Counted from the stretch's first letter, positions 1 through 8,883 are shown. The stretch is DNA of 64,000 nucleotides from a virus (IMGVR_UViG_3300012933_000323:141556-205555), one strand, 5' to 3'. Made by a program: numbers and translations. Notes: generated from the sequence alone by a model not told the origin.

Positions 1-492
1 ATGTTCAAACTTGTAGAATTGCTGTTCCCAGTCATCCTGTACCTTTTGTTCAAAGGCCCAGATCATTTCCTTAAGAATGTAATCCCATCGTTTAAACCAG
101 TTGTCATCGGTATCCCAATCGTTTTCTTTTGGGCCAGCTTCTGTACTACGAAGACCTAAACCTTCTGGTACATCTTCGTCGTCTGTACCAGGAGCACCGT
201 GTTTTGTCGAATCCAATTGCTTTAGCATTGGGAGAACGATGTGCGCAAGCGTGCAATCCATCGACCACGTATCCCATGGATGGATTTTTACTTTTATTGT
301 TTGTTGTAAGCGGTCAAAGACTAGCCAATTCACCCAGTTATAAACTGTTTGAATGGTGTCTTCTAACTTTTCTAAGAAGTTCTCAAATTGACTTTGTTTA
401 CTTGGCCAATCATAATTGTACTTCTTATCCATATAACGATTATGGATTTGACAACGAAGGCGATGTGGGTAATTACCGATGTGTACTTTCAT
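1..492 (-). CDS. Conserved phage hypothetical protein, runs off the left edge (not in ORF track)
   Basis: Manual translation from ATG at 492: MKVHIGNYPHRLRCQIHNRYMDKKY...WDTWSMDCTLAHIVLPMLKQLDSTKHGAPGTDDEDVP...WFKRWDYILKEMIWAFEQK, open to base 1. AAGGA RBS and a TATAAT promoter lie upstream. Confidence 0.85.
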   Translation of the reverse strand, partial: MKVHIGNYPHRLRCQIHNRYMDKKYNYDWPSKQSQFENFLEKLEDTIQTVYNWVNWLVFDRLQQTIKVKIHPWDTWSMDCTLAHIVLPMLKQLDSTKHGAPGTDDEDVPEGLGLRSTEAGPKENDWDTDDNWFKRWDYILKEMIWAFEQKVQDDWEQQFYKFEH

Positions 493-514
493 ACAATATT
501 CCTTAATTTGGAAT

Positions 515-537
515 ATTATATCATTGATTTATTTAAA
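515..537 (-). promoter_or_regulatory. Sigma70-type promoter TTTAA-N12-TATAAT (TGn extended -10)
   Basis: Minus strand TTTAAataaatcaatgaTATAAT upstream of ATG 492. Same spacing at four other sites. Confidence 0.65.
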
Positions 538-1299
538 AATGCAGCGTTTGTAATCTACTTCTAAACCTAGTTGTTCAATGCTGGACACTAAACCTTCAGG
601 AAGTTTGTCATCCGTATAATTCTTGAACCATACCTTCGTGAATGGGAAATGCTTTCTATAAATCTTTGCTCTGTTAGCAATAAGACAATCTTGCGTAGTC
701 TTATAATATTTTCTACAGAACTGTGTAGCAACTAAAAAGATCTCATCTGATTCAGGATTCTTGAACATTTCGTTCAATTCATGAATTTCTGTTAATGTAT
801 ACTGCAGTGCTTCGCAGATTAGATCAACGATCTTTGTGAAAACAATTTCGTATGAGCCATGCATTTGTCTAATTTCGTCAACAACATATTTAAATGCAAT
901 GGCATGCGTCTCAATCCAGATGTCAGCAAACTTGTCGTGGAAATGTCCAGGATGGTCCTGTTTAATAATTGATTCGTATTTCTCGGCAGTCTTTTCTGCT
1001 AATGCTATAACCACGTCAATGTCTTTTTGACGGACAGAGTCTGAACCTTCGTGTAATTCGATAAAGAAGTTTTCAATCTCAATTATCCAACGTGACCACA
1101 TGTCGTACTTCAATAATAGAATTTCTCTTCTATCTTGTTGGAAGTAAAAATTACCATTCACCAACTGATTAAGTTGGAACGATTGTACATTTTTTAACTT
1201 TTCAATAGCTTTTGAAGATACAATTCTGAACTCAATACTATTTGGGTAGAAGTGGTATGATGAAAGATATTCTGAATATCTTTGTTCACGCTTTGGCAT
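529..1299 (-). CDS. Hypothetical protein (alpha-helical), coupled to the upstream membrane protein
   Basis: 256-aa ORF whose start overlaps the upstream stop at 1299. Confidence 0.75.
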   Translation of the reverse strand: MPKREQRYSEYLSSYHFYPNSIEFRIVSSKAIEKLKNVQSFQLNQLVNGNFYFQQDRREILLLKYDMWSRWIIEIENFFIELHEGSDSVRQKDIDVVIALAEKTAEKYESIIKQDHPGHFHDKFADIWIETHAIAFKYVVDEIRQMHGSYEIVFTKIVDLICEALQYTLTEIHELNEMFKNPESDEIFLVATQFCRKYYKTTQDCLIANRAKIYRKHFPFTKVWFKNYTDDKLPEGLVSSIEQLGLEVDYKRCIFK

Positions 1300-1700
1300 T
1301 ACTTTAGCTCCCTATTACCAAAGTGACTTGGTCCCCCACTATACATGAAGTGGCCTTGGAATTGGTTTAATATTTGTTTGATCTGCTCGACATCACGTCT
1401 TAAATCTTTGATGTCTCTGCGATTTGAATTACCGGTACTTTCAATTTCGTCTAATGCTTCGATCAACTTATCCAATTTATTCGACACTTCTTTTAATTCT
1501 AGTTCACTCTTACCATCACTGTCTTTAATGATTTGTTTTAGTGAGTCTAAACTTGGGACACTACTAAGCTTATCGAACATCGGTACAAGAAAGAACTTGT
1601 ACAGAACGCCCAATAATGAAATAATTACAAGCAATAATGTAGTATCAGCGACGATGCCATCTTTGACAAGCTCGCTGATAAGCGTGATTAATGACTCCAC
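1299..1700 (-). CDS. Single-TM, coiled-coil late protein (possible holin or lysis accessory)
   Basis: Hydrophobic TTLLLVIISLLGVLYKFFLV followed by a heptad-rich C-terminus. TATAAATA lies at 1722-1729 upstream. Confidence 0.55.
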   Translation of the reverse strand: MESLITLISELVKDGIVADTTLLLVIISLLGVLYKFFLVPMFDKLSSVPSLDSLKQIIKDSDGKSELELKEVSNKLDKLIEALDEIESTGNSNRRDIKDLRRDVEQIKQILNQFQGHFMYSGGPSHFGNRELK

Positions 1701-1721
1701 GATAACCCCAATGTTTAGAAT

Positions 1722-1729
1722 TATTTATA
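1722..1729 (-). promoter_or_regulatory. T4-type late promoter TATAAATA
   Basis: Exact match about 20 nt upstream of the 1700 start. Confidence 0.7.
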
Positions 1730-1769
1730 TTGTGGGTATCATGGAGTGTAATCTAGATATAGTGTTGTA

Positions 1770-3029
1770 CTATTTATTTTCTTTTAATTTGAAAGCTTTC
1801 ATTCGACCAGAATTCATACCTTCTAAAATATGACCGTGCGGTTCGATTAACCAGATGACTTTCTTACCAAGCTTTTCAAAATGAGTAATATCATCACCCC
1901 AAAGGCCACCGTCAGTTAATACGATGACGGCATTGTATTCAATTTTGTGTTGTTTGGCCATCGCTAGCGCAGGTGATAATAGAGTACCACCATGACCTTT
2001 GCGTTCAATCAATTTGGTTTTCTTACCTAACTTCTCTGGCTTGTATGCCTGGGTATCAATTTGAATAAGATCAACATCTGTTCTTGTTAGATCACATACG
2101 TGGCGAACTTCACTAAGCGTACGAAGAACAGCTTCATCAGACATAGAACCTGATACATCTGCGATTGCAAGAAGGTTGAAAATACGATCACGTGTTTTGC
2201 CACGAAGGTCTTCTCTATGTGGAAAGCGGCGATCTGTACGCATGATAGTTGAACGCTTGCCCACACGTTTATTACCAGCAATACCACGAAGAACCTTCTT
2301 CCAATCAAGTTCAGATTTGCGGCTTACCATTTCCAACCAATCAGAACACTGTGAAGGTACGTTACCTTTGTTTTTAATTGTGTCTTCTTGTGCACGCTCA
2401 ATCATCTTCTTTGTCATGTCTGTCTGAAGATCTTGGTCACCTGTACTTTCACCCCAAGTGTCATGACTATCTAACAGTTCCGGTAAAGAATTACCGTTGC
2501 CGCTGGCTTCTCCACTGGATTCGCCGTCTCCATCTTCATCCTTAGATGGATTACCTTTATCTTTACCGCCTAGTTCATCTTTCAATAATTCATAATAGAA
2601 TTCTGCAGATTTATTCACAGGTACATTACAGTTGATGGCTTTACCTAGTGTCGCTGGTGTTACACCAACTTTGGGTAGATGTGCTGGATCAATATGTTGG
2701 TTCAATGCACAGTCTGTTGCGTAGTTCCATGGAAGATGAACTCGTGATTCTTTACGTTCTAAATGACCATACAGAATATGCAGCATTTCATGTTTAAGAA
2801 TTGCCAACCGTTCAATTAAAGTGTACTCGTCAAACTTTATTGGATTGATGTAAAGATTATAGTGATCAATAGAAAATGCTACACCAGCTGGCGCAGGCAA
2901 ATCATGCACAACTTTGATACTGCATTGTCCAATCATGTGTGCATAGAACAGGTAGTCTTTCCTGTACTCAATGTTTGAAAACATCGCTGCCAATGTATCA
3001 TCTAATTTTCCGCGGTCTTGCCGTGCCAT
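1770..3029 (-). CDS. Putative metallopeptidase + vWA domain protein (DUF2201-like)
   Basis: HEMLH (HExxH) motif, WNYATDCALN, acidic linker, MIDAS motif DVSGSMS, GGT and VLTDG. Confidence 0.85.
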   Translation of the reverse strand: MARQDRGKLDDTLAAMFSNIEYRKDYLFYAHMIGQCSIKVVHDLPAPAGVAFSIDHYNLYINPIKFDEYTLIERLAILKHEMLHILYGHLERKESRVHLPWNYATDCALNQHIDPAHLPKVGVTPATLGKAINCNVPVNKSAEFYYELLKDELGGKDKGNPSKDEDGDGESSGEASGNGNSLPELLDSHDTWGESTGDQDLQTDMTKKMIERAQEDTIKNKGNVPSQCSDWLEMVSRKSELDWKKVLRGIAGNKRVGKRSTIMRTDRRFPHREDLRGKTRDRIFNLLAIADVSGSMSDEAVLRTLSEVRHVCDLTRTDVDLIQIDTQAYKPEKLGKKTKLIERKGHGGTLLSPALAMAKQHKIEYNAVIVLTDGGLWGDDITHFEKLGKKVIWLIEPHGHILEGMNSGRMKAFKLKENK

Positions 3030-3058
3030 TACTTTACCTTAGTGTTTACGATTTTTCT

Positions 3059-3081
3059 ATTATATCTGAAATCAAATTAAA
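3059..3081 (-). promoter_or_regulatory. Sigma70-type promoter TTTAA-N12-TATAAT
   Basis: Minus strand TTTAAtttgatttcagaTATAAT upstream of ATG 3029. Confidence 0.65.
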
Positions 3082-3362
3082 TGTTCAGCCCATGTATTCT
3101 TTAAAGTTGATACCAGTGCGCTGTACATAATGTGTGCAGGGATTACATTGTCTTTTTCAAAAGCAAATAATTCTCGGCAATCTTCATACATTTTACTGTG
3201 ATGAGTCATTATGTACACGTCGTCATGGTCAACAATTTCAAAAACATCGCTATCCGTAACGATGTCCTTTAGAGAACTATCCATCAACAATGACTTGACA
3301 ATAAAAAACCAAGTCTGTGCTTTGGGTACGTTAAGTGAACACCTAAGATTAAGTGTGTTCAT
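3072..3362 (-). CDS. Hypothetical protein
   Basis: 96-aa ORF in a coupled run of small genes. Confidence 0.65.
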   Translation of the reverse strand: MNTLNLRCSLNVPKAQTWFFIVKSLLMDSSLKDIVTDSDVFEIVDHDDVYIMTHHSKMYEDCRELFAFEKDNVIPAHIMYSALVSTLKNTWAEHLI

Positions 3363-3574
3363 TAGTAACTAGATCCACAATCCATCCGCCATGGACATTT
3401 GCTTAGCATATTTGTTGAACAGTCATCCTGCCCAAAACAAAGCGGTTTGTAAAGACCTTCGCGTTTCTTGCGAATGATCTTGATAATTTCTTGGCGTTCT
3501 GGTGAATCGCCTTTACCTTCATTTGACAGTTTTGCTTCTTTATTAAGCAAATCCTGAATAGACAGGGTTTTCAT
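3362..3574 (-). CDS. Hypothetical protein with C-terminal Cys cluster (possible Zn-binding)
   Basis: CFGQDDCSTNMLSKCPWRMDC. Start and stop overlap the neighbours. Confidence 0.65.
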   Translation of the reverse strand: MKTLSIQDLLNKEAKLSNEGKGDSPERQEIIKIIRKKREGLYKPLCFGQDDCSTNMLSKCPWRMDCGSSY

Positions 3575-3873
3575 TTTTTATCTTCCAAAGTTGATTCAAG
3601 GACACGGATCATCCTACGAACCGTTTCATCATTCATATGAGCAGTTACACTAAAATGATCATCTGAAATCAGTGTTAATGTTGTCATTCCAGAATCAGTA
3701 AGACCGACTCTGAAAAATTCAACAACTGGTTTTTGAGGTGGGCGAGGTGGTGTTGGAGGTGGCATGGTTGGGTACTTTGAAGGTTCAGGTAATTCGGATA
3801 ACGGTGGGATGTCAGCCCATGTTGGGTACTTTTCCTTTGTACTCAAATTAAAAGTTTTTAGAAAATTAAGCAT
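3571..3873 (-). CDS. Pro-rich hypothetical protein
   Basis: PPPTPPRPPQKP tract in a coupled ORF. Confidence 0.65.
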   Translation of the reverse strand: MLNFLKTFNLSTKEKYPTWADIPPLSELPEPSKYPTMPPPTPPRPPQKPVVEFFRVGLTDSGMTTLTLISDDHFSVTAHMNDETVRRMIRVLESTLEDKK

Positions 3874-4330
3874 ATGTACTCAATTGTTCTGTTAAAACCT
3901 GCGCAAGATATTCGTTAAGAGTGATATCTTTTTCGTGAGCTGCTTTCATCAATATGAAAAGAACGTCATCTGGCATATTTAACGGGATAACAATGCGATC
4001 ATCATAGTCTTGATAATTAAAAATTGCAACAATTTTTTCTAGAAGATCATCGTCAGAGTCAAGATCAATATAATTGACGCCATCCCATGCTTCTTTGTCA
4101 TCATTAAAGCCATCAATTTGCATACGGTATGACCGTAAATTTTTATAGTCATGTATATGTACGGCAAAGACTTCTTGCGTAGTAGGACTAAAAATAATAT
4201 CCAAACTACGTCCATTTTGGTCGTGATCCCATGAACTTAACATAATTGCAAGTTCTTTATAACCCAACCACATATCAGTATTAGTGACTTTGTAGTCAAT
4301 AGCACCCAAAAATTGTTTAAGTGTAATCAT
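3866..4330 (-). CDS. Phage hypothetical protein with C-terminal ribbon-helix-helix-like segment
   Basis: C-terminal IPLNMPDDVLFILMKAAHEKDITLNEYLAQVL resembles an RHH/HicB-type fold. AAGGA RBS. Confidence 0.65.
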   Translation of the reverse strand: MITLKQFLGAIDYKVTNTDMWLGYKELAIMLSSWDHDQNGRSLDIIFSPTTQEVFAVHIHDYKNLRSYRMQIDGFNDDKEAWDGVNYIDLDSDDDLLEKIVAIFNYQDYDDRIVIPLNMPDDVLFILMKAAHEKDITLNEYLAQVLTEQLSTYA

Positions 4331-4337
4331 ATTTTCC

Positions 4338-4538
4338 TTAAAGAAATGTTTTTCCAGATAGGTAATCTTTTAGTTCTTTGATGCTTTTCTCAGATCCAAA
4401 GACAGTGTAATATCCTAATGCGATATCAGATTCCTCATAGTTAATAGAGAGACCAAGCGGAATGAGAATATCATCTTGTACGGTTTCTTCATAGTCAATA
4501 AGAATGACAAATGAATGAGTAAAGATTTTAGTTGACAT
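4338..4538 (-). CDS. Hypothetical protein
   Basis: 66-aa ORF with its own TGTTATAAT promoter and an accgaaagg leader. Confidence 0.65.
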   Translation of the reverse strand: MSTKIFTHSFVILIDYEETVQDDILIPLGLSINYEESDIALGYYTVFGSEKSIKELKDYLSGKTFL

Positions 4539-4588
4539 GTTGGCCTTTCGGTTATTGATATGTAAATTATAACATAATTTTTTAACAA

Positions 4589-4756
4589 TTACTGAGATTG
4601 TAGAAAAATAATCCTACTATGAGTATTTTTAAGTTGCTCATGAAGATATTTAATTTGCATATCATGGCCAGATAATTTTGATTTTGCTAACGCGCTAATC
4701 AATTTGCGTTCGCAACGTTGCAACGAAATGATTGAATTGATCTGTGCCGAAGTCAT
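4589..4756 (-). CDS. Small hypothetical protein, 55 aa (below ORF-track cut-off)
   Basis: MTSAQINSIISLQRCERKLISALAKSKLSGHDMQIKYLHEQLKNTHSRIIFLQSQ*. Fills the gap and has a TGTGTTATAAT promoter upstream. Confidence 0.55.
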   Translation of the reverse strand: MTSAQINSIISLQRCERKLISALAKSKLSGHDMQIKYLHEQLKNTHSRIIFLQSQ

Positions 4757-4812
4757 TGTGATTCCATTTGTTTGTCTGTATTGATATTATAACACAGTTT
4801 TTTAAATTTTAT

Positions 4813-4832
4813 GTGTATCATTTTTGATACAG
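4813..4832. promoter_or_regulatory. Palindromic operator-like element TGTATCA-N4-TGATACA
   Basis: gTGTATCAttttTGATACAg. Near-identical inverted copy at 8963-8981. Confidence 0.5.
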
Positions 4833-4840
4833 TTTTCGGC

Positions 4841-4848
4841 TATAAATA
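4841..4848 (+). promoter_or_regulatory. Late promoter TATAAATA
   Basis: Exact match upstream of endonuclease VII. Confidence 0.7.
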
Positions 4849-4874
4849 ATAGGCAATACGAAAACAGGAATGAT

Positions 4875-5366
4875 ATGAAGCAACTAAAGTCAACACAAGT
4901 CACAGATTTACGAAACGAAATCTTAGAAGAACAAGATGGCAAATGTGGTTTATGTAAAGAGCCAATCACTGATGCAACTGGTTATTCACTAGATCACCAA
5001 CATAAGACATCAAAAGAAACCATTGGTGAAGATGGTGCAGGACTAATCCGTGGTGTTCTATGTAGAGCGTGTAACGTGTGGGAAGGTAAAATTTGGAACA
5101 ATACGCAAAGGTATCGCCAACCTAAAAATGTACAAGATCGCATCGGTATGTTGACCGCTTTAATTGAATATTATCAAAAGGGTACATACAGCGTAATTCA
5201 TCATACTGAAAAAGCTAAGGATCCTACCGTTTCTAAAAGGAACTACAACAAGCTTAAGAAAGCATATGTTGGCAAGAAAAAATTTCCTGAGTATCCTAAG
5301 AGTGGTAAGCTTACCTTAGCTTTACAGATTTTGTTTGAAGAGTACAGCATTGCGCCGTACAATTAA
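4875..5366 (+). CDS. gp49: Recombination/packaging endonuclease VII (Holliday junction resolvase)
   Basis: QDGKCGLC...LDHQH...GLIRGVLCRACNVWEGK. ATG 4875 follows AGGA. Confidence 0.9.
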   Translation: MKQLKSTQVTDLRNEILEEQDGKCGLCKEPITDATGYSLDHQHKTSKETIGEDGAGLIRGVLCRACNVWEGKIWNNTQRYRQPKNVQDRIGMLTALIEYYQKGTYSVIHHTEKAKDPTVSKRNYNKLKKAYVGKKKFPEYPKSGKLTLALQILFEEYSIAPYN

Positions 5367-5569
5367 GCAGATTCTTTCCCAAAAATCCACTTATCAATTT
5401 TGAAGAAAATCATAGCACCAATGGTCTGACCTAGAAATAGGTTTAACCATAGTGGCACAGCGTATGCTTCAAAAATAATCATAAATGGCATCATCACGAT
5501 TGCGGATAACATCCACCGTCCCCAATAGATGCCAAATAATTTTGTTTTATATTCTTGTAGAACCGACAA
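5363..5569 (-). CDS. Small two-TM membrane protein
   Basis: RWMLSAIVMMPFMIIF and LWLNLFLGQTIGAMIFFKIDKWIF. Confidence 0.7.
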   Translation of the reverse strand: MSVLQEYKTKLFGIYWGRWMLSAIVMMPFMIIFEAYAVPLWLNLFLGQTIGAMIFFKIDKWIFGKESA

Positions 5570-5572
5570 CGC

Positions 5573-5701
5573 TTATTCCTTTGGATCTGTTGGATCTACT
5601 GGATCTGTTGGCGGATCAACTGGGTCCGTTGGTGTTGGATCTACTGGTGTTTCTACCTGCTTGGCTTCATCACCCTTCTTTAAAAAGTCTCTAAAGTTCA
5701 T
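5573..5701 (-). CDS. 42-aa Pro/Asp-repeat peptide (not in ORF track), candidate internal virion peptide
   Basis: MNFRDFLKKGDEAKQVETPVDPTPTDPVDPPTDPVDPTDPKE*. Strong AAGGAG RBS with TAAATA just upstream. Confidence 0.7.
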   Translation of the reverse strand: MNFRDFLKKGDEAKQVETPVDPTPTDPVDPPTDPVDPTDPKE

Positions 5702-5718
5702 TTCTCTCTCCTTGTTAT

Positions 5719-5976
5719 TTACCATTCTTCTAGTTCTTTTGCAATGTCTGACTTGAAAATTCGATGTACTTCACAATCTTTCTTAATGAATGATTTGAGA
5801 TATACGTCAGAACTAATTGCATCACCAACTAACTCAACATCTAAACCAGCTTTAAAGCAATAGTCATAGATGATATCTACTAAAGCCGTTTCTTTACCTT
5901 GTGGTGTTTTCTTCACGGCCTCGATATGCTTTAACACATTCTGCACAATGAACGGATAATTTTGATCTATGTTCAT
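5719..5976 (-). CDS. gp33: Late-transcription co-activator, gp33-like
   Basis: ALVDIIYDYCFKAGLDVELVGDAIS...LKSFIKKDC pattern, directly downstream of gp55. Confidence 0.6.
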   Translation of the reverse strand: MNIDQNYPFIVQNVLKHIEAVKKTPQGKETALVDIIYDYCFKAGLDVELVGDAISSDVYLKSFIKKDCEVHRIFKSDIAKELEEW

Positions 5977-6836
5977 TCTTTTGCCCTCATAATACTAACT
6001 TTACCTTTTAGCATTTCCTTAAGGACGCTGTACTCTTCAAAAGAGATTCTATATTCTTTAGGATAGTATAAATTCAAACGTGTTACTCGTTCGATTTCGT
6101 CTTCCAATTTAGCAACTTCATCAACCAATGTTGTTTTGATATGCTTAAGTTCGATTGTTTCAACAATGCTAACTTCAGATTCACCTGACGCTGCCTTTTC
6201 ATCCCAAAGTTTTAACTGACTATAGTCGGTTGGGTTAATTTGGAAAGAATGATTCAAATGCTCCATGGAGATTTGTTTCTTAAGGTTATCTTGTTCTTTT
6301 TTCTTCGTATTGATGATGAACAAAATACTATTGTGAATGTACTGAGAAATATAAGCAAACGCGTTAACAGCTTGGCCAGTACGATCTGAGATCATCTTGT
6401 GATCAAAGTTATGCAAGTACTTTAAGATTTTATAAACAGCATCAGAATAAAAATCATCTTTATAAGTGTAACCACTAAATGTTGGTTTCTTAAGGATGTT
6501 CTTAATCATTAATAAAATGATTTCGCCGAAACGTTCGTATGACTTTGCATCTACACATGTAACTTCAGATAGCAAGACAATACGTTCTTTTAACTTTGCT
6601 TTTGTTAGATTTCGTTTTGACGGGAATTCGTACTTCTTATTATTTACGGCCGTATGCCATTTGATGTACTTATTAATCTTAGTATTATTAAATTCGTCAG
6701 ATATTCCATTACGTTTATTTTTAATACGAATCAGTAATGACTTAAGCTCTAATTCACTTGTGTAATTATGTTTTGTCTTTTGCGGTTTATCATCTCCGTG
6801 GTAAAGTCTTTGCATCTCTTCTTGTTCTTCTTGCAT
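5973..6836 (-). CDS. gp55: Sigma factor for late transcription
   Basis: FSGYTYKDDFYSDAVYKILKYLHNFD...NAFAYISQYIHNS. TATAAATA sites occur throughout the window. Confidence 0.85.
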   Translation of the reverse strand: MQEEQEEMQRLYHGDDKPQKTKHNYTSELELKSLLIRIKNKRNGISDEFNNTKINKYIKWHTAVNNKKYEFPSKRNLTKAKLKERIVLLSEVTCVDAKSYERFGEIILLMIKNILKKPTFSGYTYKDDFYSDAVYKILKYLHNFDHKMISDRTGQAVNAFAYISQYIHNSILFIINTKKKEQDNLKKQISMEHLNHSFQINPTDYSQLKLWDEKAASGESEVSIVETIELKHIKTTLVDEVAKLEDEIERVTRLNLYYPKEYRISFEEYSVLKEMLKGKVSIMRAKE

Positions 6837-6853
6837 GTGGCTCCCTGTTAAGA

Positions 6854-6885
6854 TATAAATACATTATACTATATCTTTGATTAAT
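6854..6885. promoter_or_regulatory. Face-to-face promoters: late TATAAATA (+, 6854-6861, for gp3) and ATTAA-N12-TATAAT (-, 6863-6885, for gp55)
   Basis: Both motifs read directly in the 61-bp intergenic gap. Confidence 0.6.
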
Positions 6886-6897
6886 TTTTAGAGGAAA

Positions 6898-7386
6898 GTG
6901 ATGAATTACAATAATTTAGCACAAAAAACGAACTACATCGCTGGTTCAGACAAACTTGAGTTGACACCGTTTTACCTTACATCCGTAAATGTACCAGGTA
7001 TCAATTTCTCACATCCTGAAATTGGTGGAAGATACGGCGCCAGGTTAAACGTTACTGGCGATACATTGGTCTATAATGCATTAGCTTTTGAAATGCTAAT
7101 TGACGAAGACTTTAAGGTTTACCACGAATTCATGGACAAGGTTTTTAAAAATGTAAACCCAGAAACCGGATCATTTGCTACACAGGAATTTGATTTCTGG
7201 ATTCAAATCAATAATAGCAAAGGGAATAAGCTGTTTAAGATTGAATTTTACAATTGCCGCATTGAGTCTATTGGTGACATTCTAATGGATTCACAGGACG
7301 AAATCACCGAACACAGCATGGCAATTGATGTCAAATATGATTATTTTAAGATAATCAAATCTCAGAATATTCCAACTCAGCTATAA
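6898..7386 (+). CDS. gp3: Tail completion / tube terminator protein
   Basis: FYLTSVNVPGINF...GDTLVYNALAFEMLIDEDFKVYHE...KIEFYNC...VKYDYF. Confidence 0.8.
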   Translation: MMNYNNLAQKTNYIAGSDKLELTPFYLTSVNVPGINFSHPEIGGRYGARLNVTGDTLVYNALAFEMLIDEDFKVYHEFMDKVFKNVNPETGSFATQEFDFWIQINNSKGNKLFKIEFYNCRIESIGDILMDSQDEITEHSMAIDVKYDYFKIIKSQNIPTQL

Positions 7387-7945
7387 CCATTTCGGCGAAC
7401 TCACTAACAGTTTGCTCAATGTTTGGGTAACCTGTATTGTCAATGTAGTGCATAAACTCAAAGTTATCCAATTCCGTCTCTGAGCGATGGGTATCACCTG
7501 CGTTATCAAAATCAGCATTCTTAATTTTAACAGTGATGGCGCCAGGTACATCTTCTGATAAGAATCTAAAATCAGGTACAATAATAAAGTCGGCTGTGGA
7601 ATTGTACGCACGGCTTGCCAATAGACGTACCCATACATCTTCACCAAACCACTTCTTCATTGCTTCAGTGCCAAACTTCTGTAGAATCAAACGGAAGTCA
7701 GTTAGCACTGTGTAATCTACGCCGCTCATCTTTTGACGAATTGTTCCTACTGGCTCAGCAAGATTTTTCCAATCATCCAATTGCTTATGTGTGATATCAA
7801 ATGTCTCAGCAATGATATCCTTTAGTGGCTCAGCAAATGACATTACCTCGGCAGTCTTACCAAGCTTTTCAAATTCAGCTTTTAATGTCTGTGCAAAGAA
7901 ATCCTTTCCACTACGCTTTTTTCCGTTTACTAAAATTAATTGCAT
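7355..7945 (-). CDS. gp1: Deoxynucleoside monophosphate kinase
   Basis: GKKRSGKD P-loop, SFAEPLK, RLILQKFGTE, PDFRF, HRSETELD. Confidence 0.9.
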   Translation of the reverse strand: MQLILVNGKKRSGKDFFAQTLKAEFEKLGKTAEVMSFAEPLKDIIAETFDITHKQLDDWKNLAEPVGTIRQKMSGVDYTVLTDFRLILQKFGTEAMKKWFGEDVWVRLLASRAYNSTADFIIVPDFRFLSEDVPGAITVKIKNADFDNAGDTHRSETELDNFEFMHYIDNTGYPNIEQTVSEFAEMVIAELEYSEI

Positions 7946-7946
7946 C

Positions 7947-8411
7947 TCATTCCTTCTCAATAAATTTAATCTTTACTCCGGCTTCTTGCATCATCGCAAT
8001 CGATAACTCACCGGATTCTTTCCATGTCGTTTCACAAGGGTGCGTGTCCATGACCACCTTAGCAATTCCTGTTTGAATAATGGCTTTAGCGCACTCATGG
8101 CAGACGGGAAGGCCAGTAACGTATATAGTAGCGCCATTGGTATTAGCACCGTTGTGAATAGCATTATAAATGGCATTTGCTTCAGCATGGACCACGTATT
8201 TGTACTTAGTCGGCCTATCATTGTACCGCTCATGTGTATCTGAAATTCCTCTAGGGAATCCATTAAACCCCTGAGAAATGATTTGACCTTTGTTCCCAAT
8301 TATCACCGCTCCAATTTTTGTACTTGGATCTTTACTCCAAGTAGATACTTCTTTGGCTAAGCGAATGTATCGCCCATGCCAACGATCACTTGTATAATGC
8401 GGATCGTTCAT
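7947..8411 (-). CDS. cd: dCMP deaminase
   Basis: SKDPSTKIGAVI, GFNGFPRG, HAEANAI, PVCHECAKAIIQ. Confidence 0.95.
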   Translation of the reverse strand: MNDPHYTSDRWHGRYIRLAKEVSTWSKDPSTKIGAVIIGNKGQIISQGFNGFPRGISDTHERYNDRPTKYKYVVHAEANAIYNAIHNGANTNGATIYVTGLPVCHECAKAIIQTGIAKVVMDTHPCETTWKESGELSIAMMQEAGVKIKFIEKE

Positions 8412-8412
8412 A

Positions 8413-8883
8413 TTAGTACCAAGTAAAGTACTTGTTCTTGGCTAGTTGAGTATAACCAAGAATTTGGTTCTTACGATAGCAGTCCATCGTTTCTTGTTCA
8501 TCAAGAACATAACCAATTTTGTATTTCATTTTATTTACAAATTCTGGTGAGAACTTATAAAAATCTTTGCCAGCAATAGTTACGACCTCGGTGACCATTC
8601 CAGATTTGAACAATTCTTTTTCTGTAATCCCGTATTCCGAACGAATGAATGTGCATGGCAATTTATCAGTCATGTCAGTGAACTCGTTTGCATAAATACC
8701 AGCAAGGATGTTATTTGGCAAAGTTGTATCTTTAGTATTAATAAATGTACAATTGTTCATCTTAACGAATGTACCGTTATCAGAATCTTCGTAATCATTT
8801 ACTAACATAGAGATGTTAGCGATGTGAATTCCCATCTTCTGGACTAGTTCATTTGCGAGGATGTATTTTTTATGCAGAAACAT
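8413..8883 (-). CDS. Hypothetical protein
   Basis: 156-aa ORF with AAGGA RBS and a TGATATAAT promoter. Confidence 0.75.
   Translation of the reverse strand: MFLHKKYILANELVQKMGIHIANISMLVNDYEDSDNGTFVKMNNCTFINTKDTTLPNNILAGIYANEFTDMTDKLPCTFIRSEYGITEKELFKSGMVTEVVTIAGKDFYKFSPEFVNKMKYKIGYVLDEQETMDCYRKNQILGYTQLAKNKYFTWY

Noticed and set aside
101-506. Plus-strand ORFs 101-343 and 129-506
   Set aside because: They are shadows of the minus-strand gene starting at 492, which has an RBS, a promoter and a phage-like sequence.
5485-5756. Plus-strand ORFs with LLDLLD or GSVGST repeats
   Set aside because: Antisense readings of the PVDPTD repeat. The minus-strand 42-aa ORF has the RBS and matches the operon direction.
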